64,000 bases of DNA. Source: Candidatus Omnitrophota bacterium. GTDB taxonomy: Bacteria; Omnitrophota; Gorgyraeia; Zapsychrales; Zapsychraceae. Below, piece by piece: positions 56,614 to 64,000 of the stretch. The stretch lies in assembly GCA_020429915.1 (NCBI GenBank), contig JAGQKV010000002.1:256061-320060 (forward strand), given 5' to 3'. How positions within the stretch are numbered: the stretch's first letter is position 1; every line of letters starts with the position of its first letter. Below the pieces are notes generated by a model. That model had not been told where the DNA came from. It made no database searches and saw nothing but the letters and a program-made list of their open reading frames with translations. The translations under genes were made by a program, and so were the position numbers.

Positions 56614-57549
56614 TCAGGGCCGCGTGACGCGATACAAATGGAATTTTTTACCGGTTTTCCTGTGATAATAAAGCCGTCTGCCGTCCGGGGAAAGAGCCGG
56701 CCCTTCAACGAAATCCCGGGTGCCTATGGAGCCGATCGTCTGCGGCGGACCGAACGGCTCCTTGTCTGAAGCGCGCGTGGCGCGCATAATCCGGGATCGC
56801 AGGCGCAGATGGGCCAAGTCATCGGCAGCGAGCCGGGTGAAAAACAATTCGAGTCCGTTAGCAGACAGCGCGGCCGCGTATTCCAGATCATCCGTATTGA
56901 TATTCTGCATCAGACGTTCGGACTCCTCAAGGTTAAATACAAACTTTTTCCCCTGCCGCCGGGAAACAAGAAGGTTCGCGGTCTGGATATAGCGGACCGA
57001 ACCGCCCTCCCAGCCCCACGTGGCCCGCGAGATCACGGCCGTATTCCCGTCGGCCGAGATTTCGATATCCATGTTGCCGTGAATACGCCCGCGGAACAGC
57101 TCGGGCCGCCGCGCCGGGACGGCGGTAAAGTCCTCGATGGCGGTCACCGTTCCCGAACTCTCCTGCCAGTGGCCCACCCGCAGCATGCGCGGAGCCCGGG
57201 TATCCACATAATAAAGATTCCCGCCGCGGTCCAGGCTGGCTGCGCCTTGGGTTTCGGAGCGGCTGTTGACTCCTCCAATCTCCCCTTGGTACACCCATCT
57301 TCCGTGTACCAATCGCGCGAAGTGCAGGTCCTTTTTGTTCTCCTTGTCGCCGCTGTTAAAAAACAGCACACGTCCTTCCCGGGAAATAAAAGGTTCCTCG
57401 GTGCTTAACGGCTGACCGAAGGCTCCGGGCGGTAGATCATCGATGTACACACGTTCCGGAATTCCAAACTCCTCTCCGGCCAGTACCGGAGCGCCAACTG
57501 CCAGCAGGATCAGAATCAGCCCGCCTGTGATCCGTCTGCCTTCGGTCAC
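56614..57549 (-). CDS. secreted TolB-like/PD40 beta-propeller repeat protein
   Basis: 311 aa; signal peptide; repeated ~40 aa units with (S/A)xDG...LYF motifs (ISADGNTAVISR, LSANGLELFF, LSPDGRRLYY). Confidence 0.55.
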   Translation of the reverse strand: MTEGRRITGGLILILLAVGAPVLAGEEFGIPERVYIDDLPPGAFGQPLSTEEPFISREGRVLFFNSGDKENKKDLHFARLVHGRWVYQGEIGGVNSRSETQGAASLDRGGNLYYVDTRAPRMLRVGHWQESSGTVTAIEDFTAVPARRPELFRGRIHGNMDIEISADGNTAVISRATWGWEGGSVRYIQTANLLVSRRQGKKFVFNLEESERLMQNINTDDLEYAAALSANGLELFFTRLAADDLAHLRLRSRIMRATRASDKEPFGPPQTIGSIGTRDFVEGPALSPDGRRLYYHRKTGKKFHLYRVTRP

Positions 57550-58277
57550 GGCGCTCCCGGAACCTGTTCGACCCGCGATATGATGTACTCCCGCAGATCC
57601 GCGGCCAGCGTATCGGGGTCACGTTTCAAGTAACTTTGAAACACTTCGCGCCAGTTATCCGCGCGGATGACCATGTACATCCGCCAAAAAGTCTCCTCCC
57701 CCAATTCCGACAGCAGGAAACGGATCAACGCGCCGGCCAGCATCCCGGTATCGGCGTCCGCGCCCGGATCATCCATCAGTCGCGACAGATCGAGCGCCGG
57801 CGGCCAGCGTCGGGACGGTTCGAGGGAGCGGTCCTCCAGACGGCGTTGCATCGCGTAGCGCAGCTTGGACTGGCTCTTGAACAACCCCTGCCGGATCCCG
57901 GGCGGCACCTGGGGATTCAGTGGTGAATACATCACAAACAGAAATTCGTGGACCGACGTCAAGCGGTAGCGCGGACCGTACATAATATGGATTGCTTCTT
58001 TTTCCGGTTCGGCGTACGCTCTTTCCTTGAGTTCATCATACAGATAAACGTCGACGGTGCGGGACGGAGTCCCTTCCGGTAGAAGCGTGCGGGCCGCGGC
58101 ATAGGTCCGCTCGTAGATTTGTACGACCTTCATCAGTTCTTTCGCAGCCACGGAACCCGGCCGATAGTGGAGACGAAGGTGCGGCGTGTCGAGCGTCTGC
58201 CAACGGTTGATTTGACATCCGCCGGCCAGCCATACGGCGCACAGCATGAAACCGACGGTCATATGCATATTTTTCAT
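57546..58277 (-). CDS. lipoprotein, paralog of 45964..46695 (HEFLF variant lacking second His)
   Basis: 243 aa; lipobox LAGGCQ; collinear similarity to 45964..46695; 4-nt overlap with the TolB-like gene. Confidence 0.55.
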   Translation of the reverse strand: MKNMHMTVGFMLCAVWLAGGCQINRWQTLDTPHLRLHYRPGSVAAKELMKVVQIYERTYAAARTLLPEGTPSRTVDVYLYDELKERAYAEPEKEAIHIMYGPRYRLTSVHEFLFVMYSPLNPQVPPGIRQGLFKSQSKLRYAMQRRLEDRSLEPSRRWPPALDLSRLMDDPGADADTGMLAGALIRFLLSELGEETFWRMYMVIRADNWREVFQSYLKRDPDTLAADLREYIISRVEQVPGAP

Positions 58278-58449
58278 AAGATTGTTCCCGCGGTACTCGT
58301 CATTTTACGGATTATTTGCCCCGGTGGCAATCCCCAAGCCACAATATTGACGGTGGACCGGGTGAGTTCGGTGTAACGGCAGGTGACGAATTTTGAGGGC
58401 TGTCGGACGGTCCGGGAGGGTTTGTCAACAATACATCCGGCGGGAGAAT

Positions 58450-60552
58450 TTACTCAAAGCCGAGCAGGCGTCCGCCCTGGTAGACCAGCAGGGCGGCCAG
58501 ATAGGCGAGGCCGGTCATGTAGAGGATTTGAAAGGCGGTCCATTGCCAGGATCCGGTCTCGCGATACACCACCGCGACCGTACTGGCACATTGCATCGCG
58601 TAGACATAGAAGACCATCAAACCCAGACAGACCAGCGGCGTAAATAACGGCCGCCCGTCCGGCCATTGCGCCCGGCGGAAGTTTTCCCGCAGGACATCCG
58701 TCTCGGCCTCCTCCTCAAGGTTGAACACAATGTTCATGGTCGAGACAAACACCTCGCGCGCGGCAAAGGATCCGATCAGACCGATGCCGATACGCCAGTC
58801 ATATCCCAGCGGCTTGATCACCGGTTCGATGGCGGTGCCGATCTGTCCGGCGACACTGTGCCGCAGCTGTTCGGACGCCGGGAGCTGGTCGTTTTTGGGA
58901 AAGGACATGAGCACCCATAGCGCTACCGACATCATCAAAATGATGGTCCCGGCGCGTTTTAAAAATTGCCGACTGCGCTCCCACATTTGTAACAACACCG
59001 CCCGCAGGGACGGCATACGGTACGGCGGCAGTTCCATAATAAACAGCGGCTTCTGACTTTTGAGCAGGGTTTTTTTGAAGATCCAGGCCACCACCCCGAC
59101 ACCGGCGGTACCCAAGGCATACATTAGTAACATGATCCCTGATTTTTCCCAGGCATCGGCGTTGGGAATCAGCACGGCGATCATAATCGTATACACGGGC
59201 AATCTCGCCGAACAGCTCATCAGCGGCGCAACCATGACGGTCACCAACCGGTCCCGCCGGCTTTCGATCGTGCGGGCGGCCATAACCCCGGGGATGGCGC
59301 AGGCGTAAGAACTCAACAACGGAATAAAGGATTTTCCGTGCAAGCCGACTTTGCTCATTAGCCGGTCCATGATGAAGGCCGCACGCGCCATGTATCCGGT
59401 GTCCTGCAACAATCCGATGAAGAAAAAGAGAATCAGAATCTGGGGCAGAAAGATGACGACTCCTCCCACACCGGCAATAATGCCGTTGCTGATCAGGTCC
59501 GCCAGTGCATTGTCGGGCAACGCGGTTTGTATCCATCCCGCCAGAGCCGCGAAGGCGCTGTCGATCCATTCCATCGGATAAGAGGCGATCGTAAAAATCG
59601 TATAAAACATCAGCGCCATGACCGCAATGAAAAACAGCCAGCCGAAAATCCGGTGGGTTAAGATAGCGTCGAGTCGTTCGGTGAGATCGGCCTTACGGGT
59701 CTTGGGTTCGCGGACCGTCTTGGCGATTATCGTTTTGATCCACGCGTAACGGGCCTCCACCGCGGCTGACCGCGCCCGCAGGCCCTGGCGCTTGAGACGG
59801 TCCTGGACCGTGTTGATTTGTTCGATAAGTTCGGCCTTGTAAAACTTTCCCTGGGTGTCGGTGGCATTCTCGCTCATCCGCCCGACCGAGAATATCGACA
59901 TCGCCTCAGAGAAGGCCTGGGCATTATCCATGCCTTCGTGCCGTTGCAGCAGACGGACGATATGCTCGACCTCTTCTTCCAAATCCGGGGCCATCCGCCA
60001 TTGCCGGGTATAGTCGGCGCGGACGCCGGCCCGGATGTGTTCCTTCAATTCCTCCAGGCCTCGCCCCTGATTCGCAACCAGGGGGATAACCGGCACGCCG
60101 AGTTCTCGGCTGAGCGCGCCGGTATCGATCTGCCGGCCCTGCTTCTCGACTTCGTCCATCATGTTCAGGGCGACCACGATCGGCAGTCCCAAGTCCATAA
60201 TTTGACAGACGAGATATAAGTTCCGTTCGATATTGCTGGCGTCGACCACGCAGACAACCAGGTCCGGACGGGGCGTATCCGGAGCGCGGTCCAACAGGAC
60301 GTCGCGGGCGATTTGTTCATCCGGAGATCGTACCGCCAGGCTATAAGTGCCGGGCAGGTCCAGGACATTGACCGTCCGGCCGCCTTCCAGGGTCAGGGTG
60401 CCGGTCTTCTTCTCAACGGTCACCCCGGCATAGTTTCCGACCTTTTGCCGGAGCTTCGTCAAGGCGTTAAAGACGGTGGTTTTTCCGGAATTCGGATTCC
60501 CGGCCAGGGCGATGGTCTTAGGTACGATTTGATTGGATACTTCGGCAGGCAT
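58450..60552 (-). CDS. feoB: ferrous iron transporter FeoB
   Basis: 700 aa; N-terminal G-protein domain (GNPNSGKTT, DLPG), then the gate/nucleoside-recognition membrane domains. Confidence 0.9.
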   Translation of the reverse strand: MPAEVSNQIVPKTIALAGNPNSGKTTVFNALTKLRQKVGNYAGVTVEKKTGTLTLEGGRTVNVLDLPGTYSLAVRSPDEQIARDVLLDRAPDTPRPDLVVCVVDASNIERNLYLVCQIMDLGLPIVVALNMMDEVEKQGRQIDTGALSRELGVPVIPLVANQGRGLEELKEHIRAGVRADYTRQWRMAPDLEEEVEHIVRLLQRHEGMDNAQAFSEAMSIFSVGRMSENATDTQGKFYKAELIEQINTVQDRLKRQGLRARSAAVEARYAWIKTIIAKTVREPKTRKADLTERLDAILTHRIFGWLFFIAVMALMFYTIFTIASYPMEWIDSAFAALAGWIQTALPDNALADLISNGIIAGVGGVVIFLPQILILFFFIGLLQDTGYMARAAFIMDRLMSKVGLHGKSFIPLLSSYACAIPGVMAARTIESRRDRLVTVMVAPLMSCSARLPVYTIMIAVLIPNADAWEKSGIMLLMYALGTAGVGVVAWIFKKTLLKSQKPLFIMELPPYRMPSLRAVLLQMWERSRQFLKRAGTIILMMSVALWVLMSFPKNDQLPASEQLRHSVAGQIGTAIEPVIKPLGYDWRIGIGLIGSFAAREVFVSTMNIVFNLEEEAETDVLRENFRRAQWPDGRPLFTPLVCLGLMVFYVYAMQCASTVAVVYRETGSWQWTAFQILYMTGLAYLAALLVYQGGRLLGFE

Positions 60553-60555
60553 GAT

Positions 60556-61095
60556 TTAGGCGGCGATATTCACCAGGATCAGTTCCGCCTCCTCGCGCCG
60601 GAGAGAAAGCATATAACCGCGGACTTTGATTTCGACCGGGTCCCCGAGAGGAGCAAAACGGATGATTTCAATCTGTTCACCCGGGGTTAGGCCCATTTCT
60701 TCCAGCCGCGCGCAGGTGTCATTCTCCTCGAGAAAATCATGAACGCGGCCGGTCTGCCCCACGGTCAGTTCGCTGAGACGTTTGATGTCCTCTTGTTCAG
60801 CCATGTCTCCCTCCGCTGGTTGCGGGCATTGACCGACAATGACGTTGCGGGCCAATCCTTCACTGATAATGATTTTGGAATCACAGACTTTGCAGATAAA
60901 CGCCGAGTTATGCGCGATCATCTGTATTTGGGCATTCTCGCAAAAGCCCATCTCCCGCAGGCGCTGGCATTCGCCATGATCTCCGCGGAGACATTCGATC
61001 AGCACCTGCTCTCCCGCACAGACATCGCACAGGCTCTTGCTGTCCGTGACGGGCGCGGGCTGCGTCCCTTTTTGTTTCTTGATCAAGTTCAACAT
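60556..61095 (-). CDS. feoA: tandem FeoA-domain protein (two FeoA/SH3-like domains), first with Cys cluster
   Basis: 179 aa; two FeoA-like halves (...GEQVLIECLRGD...CENAQIQMIAHN...; ...GQTGRVHDFLEEN...GLTPGEQIEIIRFAPLGDPVEIKVRGYMLSLRREEA); first half contains CDVC...C...C; 3-nt gap to feoB. Confidence 0.75.
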   Translation of the reverse strand: MLNLIKKQKGTQPAPVTDSKSLCDVCAGEQVLIECLRGDHGECQRLREMGFCENAQIQMIAHNSAFICKVCDSKIIISEGLARNVIVGQCPQPAEGDMAEQEDIKRLSELTVGQTGRVHDFLEENDTCARLEEMGLTPGEQIEIIRFAPLGDPVEIKVRGYMLSLRREEAELILVNIAA

Positions 61096-61110
61096 AACAA
61101 GGTCCCTGGG

Positions 61111-61143
61111 TAAAAGAAAAGCCCATCTCTTGGAGAAATGGGC
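61111..61143 (-). terminator. hairpin (GCCCAT...ATGGGC) + U-tract located in the feoA leader ~15 nt upstream of the start codon: terminator of upstream gene and/or attenuator
   Basis: read directly; minus strand reads GCCCATTTCTCCAAGAGATGGGCTTTTCTTTTA. Confidence 0.4.
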
Positions 61144-61200
61144 ATGGGATTCAAGCTCTCGAGCCTATTCCGTATATCGGTATCTTTTCGACTTATTAGT

Positions 61201-61229
61201 AACATACCCCGGCGGCCGGATTTTGTCAA
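61201..61229 (-). promoter_or_regulatory. candidate sigma70 promoter for feoAB (TTGACA-17-TATGTT on minus strand)
   Basis: perfect -35 hexamer; ~100 nt upstream of feoA ATG, upstream of the leader hairpin. Confidence 0.4.
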
Positions 61230-61276
61230 TTCCAAAAAATGGGAATTAAGTCTCCGACCCCGGGGGCTGCCGAGCG

Positions 61277-62143
61277 TTACTGGTTGGCGGTGCGCAGCAC
61301 CTTGGCCAATTCCTGGGTAAATGCCGTGATCATTGATTCCATCTCGGTCTTGGTCGAGGCCATAACGATTTGCATAAACTTCCGGGTTGTCGGCTTGTCC
61401 AAAAACGCCACATAAGCATCAAGTCCTTGCTTGGGCAAATCGCTGTAGGTAAACACGAGGTTTTGAATAGAGGCCTCCTGAATCTGCATCTTGATCATCG
61501 GCCGGGCCTGCTCCATTTGGGCCTTGATCTGATCGATATCGATACCGCTGTCCGGACCGACGACATTGGCGATAGCCGATATCATCGCCAGCTGCGTGTA
61601 CATTTGAATATCCAGCGCAAATTCGGAGGAACCGGTCAATTCATCAATCTTCCGCGCCTTGGCCACGATCTCGGGATCCTTCATCAAAGCCGCCAGATCG
61701 CGGTCGGCATTTTGCAGGGACTCAGCGGAACTGGCTTCGATTTCCTTATTGGTAATTTCCTGGGCCTGTTCCGATTCGTACCATTCCAGCACGTCGTCGA
61801 TTTCCGGTTCGGTAAGTTTCTTGTCAAGCTCCGCGACAACGGCATCCACCAGGTCGGCCGCAATTATGGTGTCATCGACAGCCTGCTTAATACCGTCACG
61901 CAAGAGTTGCGGAATTTCCTGTCCCGGCTCGGCAGGAGCATCGGCAGCGGATTTGATGACCTTCGGGATTTCGGAGTACTGGATGCGAATACCGGAAATA
62001 TCCATCAACCGGTTCAGTTTGCCGGTCCGAGTTTCTGCCATTTCGGCAATGGCCGACTTGACTTCCTTCCCCTGCGCCATGACAGGCGCAGCGGCCGTCA
62101 TCGTCAACAACAGGACGGGTATGATCAGTACAAATTTTTTCAC
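61277..62143 (-). CDS. secreted DUF2059-like protein (paralog of 62637..63488)
   Basis: 288 aa; signal peptide (LLLTMTAAAPVMA); acidic helical; shares WYxS...EIT and (V)FTY(S/R) blocks with 62637..63488. Confidence 0.5.
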   Translation of the reverse strand: MKKFVLIIPVLLLTMTAAAPVMAQGKEVKSAIAEMAETRTGKLNRLMDISGIRIQYSEIPKVIKSAADAPAEPGQEIPQLLRDGIKQAVDDTIIAADLVDAVVAELDKKLTEPEIDDVLEWYESEQAQEITNKEIEASSAESLQNADRDLAALMKDPEIVAKARKIDELTGSSEFALDIQMYTQLAMISAIANVVGPDSGIDIDQIKAQMEQARPMIKMQIQEASIQNLVFTYSDLPKQGLDAYVAFLDKPTTRKFMQIVMASTKTEMESMITAFTQELAKVLRTANQ

Positions 62144-62229
62144 CGGGACCTCCTTGGGTAGGTGTTTACGTTCAACGTTGGTGACACGGTTTTAAGACGT
62201 GGCGCTCGGCTGGTCAGCGATCCGGGACC

Positions 62230-62523
62230 TTACTCAGGTTTTTGCACAAGGTACAGCGGGATGGAGCTGACGTGTTTTTCATCGATGGCCAAATCAACCG
62301 AATACTCTCCGAAACTTTGAAAATTGATTTTCTGAAGATTTAAAACGATATTTTCCGTCAGTGTTTTTTGATGGTTCCGGGGACGGATATTGACAGTCCC
62401 CTTCAGTGCCGGTATGACGTGTTTGCCGTCGAAGTCGACAAAGTTAATGGCCAGACTGTGTACCCCTTCTTCAATGGCCTCGAAACGAATACGCAGGGCG
62501 ATGGCGCACTGCTGAAATACCAC
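62230..62523 (-). CDS. hypothetical protein (97 aa)
   Basis: No signal peptide; beta-rich prediction; it sits between the two paralogs. Confidence 0.35.
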   Translation of the reverse strand: MVFQQCAIALRIRFEAIEEGVHSLAINFVDFDGKHVIPALKGTVNIRPRNHQKTLTENIVLNLQKINFQSFGEYSVDLAIDEKHVSSIPLYLVQKPE

Positions 62524-62636
62524 CGGAACCTCCTTCGCCCAAATGGCATCGAAAGTCCCGAGGATATTCAGTTTGCCTTGTTGATTCGTGGCGGCGTCGC
62601 AAAGACTGAATATTTCGACGTGGATAATAACCTCCT

Positions 62637-63488
62637 TTACTGTCGGGTCGCAGCGCCGGCTTGTGCCATCTGTTCGAGCATCCGCCGCATGGCGGACACC
62701 GCGCCGCGAAATACCGCCTGGCTGAGTTTCAGCGCGTAATCCTGCTGGTTGAACTGCATATACTCCTCTAACTCGCCGTCACTGAGCCAGCGGTAAGTGA
62801 ACACGATCGAAACGGTGATCATTTCCTCAGTCTGTTCGCGAATCTCATCCTCATACAACTCCACCTGACGATGGTACTCTTCCGTGTCGATCAACTCGTC
62901 AGAGGTGAGCAGACCGTTCAGAGCGATCACCATCGCCTCCTGCTGGATTTTATAGTATTCCATTGCAAAATGGCTAAGCTTTAATAGTTCATCGAATCGG
63001 CGGGCAAACGCGACGCGCTGCGTTTTGGACAACTGTAATTCTTTCATCGCCATCATTTTGCGGTGGGATTCCTGGGTCGAGGCCTGAACTTCTAGATCTG
63101 TAATTTTCCGGCCGATATCACTTTGATACCAGGCAATCAGACGGGCGACGTCTTCATCCGAGAGGGAACGTGCGATCTCGTTGCGGATACCCCGCAGGAT
63201 CTCATCCGGCTGGAAGATGGCCACCACCTGTTCCGCCATGGAGGAAAAGTCTTCGTCCGAGAGCATGCTGAAATAATCCCTTTGCAGCTCCAGACCGGCG
63301 GCGACGTCGTCGAGCATGTCGCCATACTGTTCGGTAATTCCCGACAGCTTCATCAGATTATCAACGGATGCCGGAAGTGGGTTCGCGGCCTCGGCCCGAA
63401 ACGGACCAGTCAGCTGTACCCCGGTCCCTATCGCCAACAGTAAGGCGATGACACTGAATCGGCACAGAATGGCAGTCAATTTATTCAT
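62637..63488 (-). CDS. secreted DUF2059-like protein (paralog of 61277..62143)
   Basis: Start trimmed to MNKLTAILCRFSVIALLLAIG (signal peptide). Confidence 0.5.
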   Translation of the reverse strand: MNKLTAILCRFSVIALLLAIGTGVQLTGPFRAEAANPLPASVDNLMKLSGITEQYGDMLDDVAAGLELQRDYFSMLSDEDFSSMAEQVVAIFQPDEILRGIRNEIARSLSDEDVARLIAWYQSDIGRKITDLEVQASTQESHRKMMAMKELQLSKTQRVAFARRFDELLKLSHFAMEYYKIQQEAMVIALNGLLTSDELIDTEEYHRQVELYEDEIREQTEEMITVSIVFTYRWLSDGELEEYMQFNQQDYALKLSQAVFRGAVSAMRRMLEQMAQAGAATRQ

Positions 63489-63933
63489 CGGGGGAAACCG
63501 CTCCGGATTGTTCGTAGCCTTGCTTGAATTTATCGTAATCGTGCCATAGAGCACCGGTTACACGATCGGTTTTTGTGAAAACCCTGTGCAGGCACTCAAC
63601 AGCGTGCGGGGATATATTCTTCAATCGATGCCCCATCAGAGAACCGACAAATCCGCAGTGATTCTCGATCCAGCAAATCCACAACGATTCCTCCGGATCG
63701 GGTGCCGGCCGGCAGGTCACGATAACGCAAAAGCGCCCGACCGGGATTCGGAAGCAATAATACCAGCCGTTATCATCCTGCTGCGGCTCGTCATCGGCAT
63801 CCACACCGGCTTCCTTCATCGCTCCGATGAACCAGCGGCATACGTCATCCCCGTAATTGGTGGGTTTGGTAAACTCCGCCTTGGGTTGCCCGGAATTGAA
63901 TTCTTTGCCAAAAAAGGTCACCAGGGTTCGCAT
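63481..63933 (-). CDS. hypothetical Cys/Trp-rich protein (150 aa)
   Basis: no signal peptide; CxxxxxxxC...C...C pattern (CRWF...CFRIP...CVIVTC...CWIENHC); 8-nt overlap with the downstream gene. Confidence 0.4.
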   Translation of the reverse strand: MRTLVTFFGKEFNSGQPKAEFTKPTNYGDDVCRWFIGAMKEAGVDADDEPQQDDNGWYYCFRIPVGRFCVIVTCRPAPDPEESLWICWIENHCGFVGSLMGHRLKNISPHAVECLHRVFTKTDRVTGALWHDYDKFKQGYEQSGAVSPDE

Positions 63934-64000
63934 GGTTTTTCTATCTCATTACGTACAAAGTAATAAGAGCATTATTGTAGCGATAATTCGGTCCCAGTTC

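Noticed and set aside
1-64000. CRISPR arrays, transposases, integrases, phage genes, toxin-antitoxin pairs
   Set aside because: The only DNA-level periodic repeat found is the 4x coding repeat in the lipoprotein gene. No direct-repeat/spacer periodicity was seen. No DDE/HTH transposase-like or tyrosine-recombinase-like ORFs are present, even adjacent to the tRNA.

Overview
This is a 64 kb, high-GC (~60%) bacterial chromosomal segment with very dense coding and a strong strand bias: about 70 of 76 predicted genes are on the minus strand. I found no transposase, integrase, CRISPR array or phage genes. It reads as a Gram-negative metal-handling and envelope neighbourhood rather than a mobile island. 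Main blocks (all minus-strand unless stated):

- **195-4571, metal uptake:** a His-rich small membrane protein, an outer-membrane porin with an N-terminal coiled coil, a ZnuA/TroA-type binding protein, a ZnuB-type permease (no ATPase gene) and a glutathione S-transferase.
- **4784-10952:** a DoxX protein, a membrane diguanylate cyclase (GGDEF), a YjbB-like Na/Pi-PhoU transporter, a cupin, a DUF1653 protein, an ArsB/NhaD permease, and a PTS-EIIA(Ntr)+CBS protein.
- **11070-16837, Ubl/E1 operon:** a translationally coupled four-gene operon encoding a cytoplasmic BNR/Asp-box beta-propeller, a MoaD/ThiS-like ubiquitin-like protein ending in GG, a periplasmic FKBP fusion and a 682-aa secreted protein. 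A MoeZ-type E1+rhodanese gene lies divergently on the plus strand.
- **16834-18915:** a dCache sensor histidine kinase.
- **21254-25172 (plus strand):** an outer-membrane protein, a DASS transporter, a histidine kinase with a cNMP-binding domain, and a receiver protein.
- **25234-31731, envelope-stress-like cluster:** a ZraP/Spy-like protein, an HTH-EIIA protein, signal peptidase I, a signal-peptide-bearing Hsp20, a receiver-only protein, a histidine kinase, an OmpR-type regulator, and a Gln-rich CpxP-like protein.
- **34676-44935, porin-cytochrome module:** a Zn-ribbon membrane protein, CcsA, CcsB, a lipoprotein with tandem MPQDAIHAGL repeats, an ImcH-like 7-heme inner-membrane cytochrome, a 680-aa outer-membrane beta-barrel, a periplasmic ~8-heme cytochrome, a monoheme cytochrome c and hemA.
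- **45048-63933:** a plus-strand LysR regulator, a TlpA-like thioredoxin, an orphan GspG-like pseudopilin with a non-canonical leader, MORN and TolB-like repeat proteins, tRNA-Val(CAC), FeoB with a tandem FeoA fusion, and several paralogous secreted or lipoprotein pairs.

I rank the Ubl/E1 operon (11070-16837) and the porin-cytochrome module (34676-44935) as the two most likely undescribed systems.

Coordinate caveats: the ORF track allows GTG/TTG starts and extends to the furthest upstream start, so many N-termini were trimmed using signal peptides, Shine-Dalgarno sites and ATGA overlaps. RNA and regulatory coordinates were read by eye and may be off by 1-2 nt.
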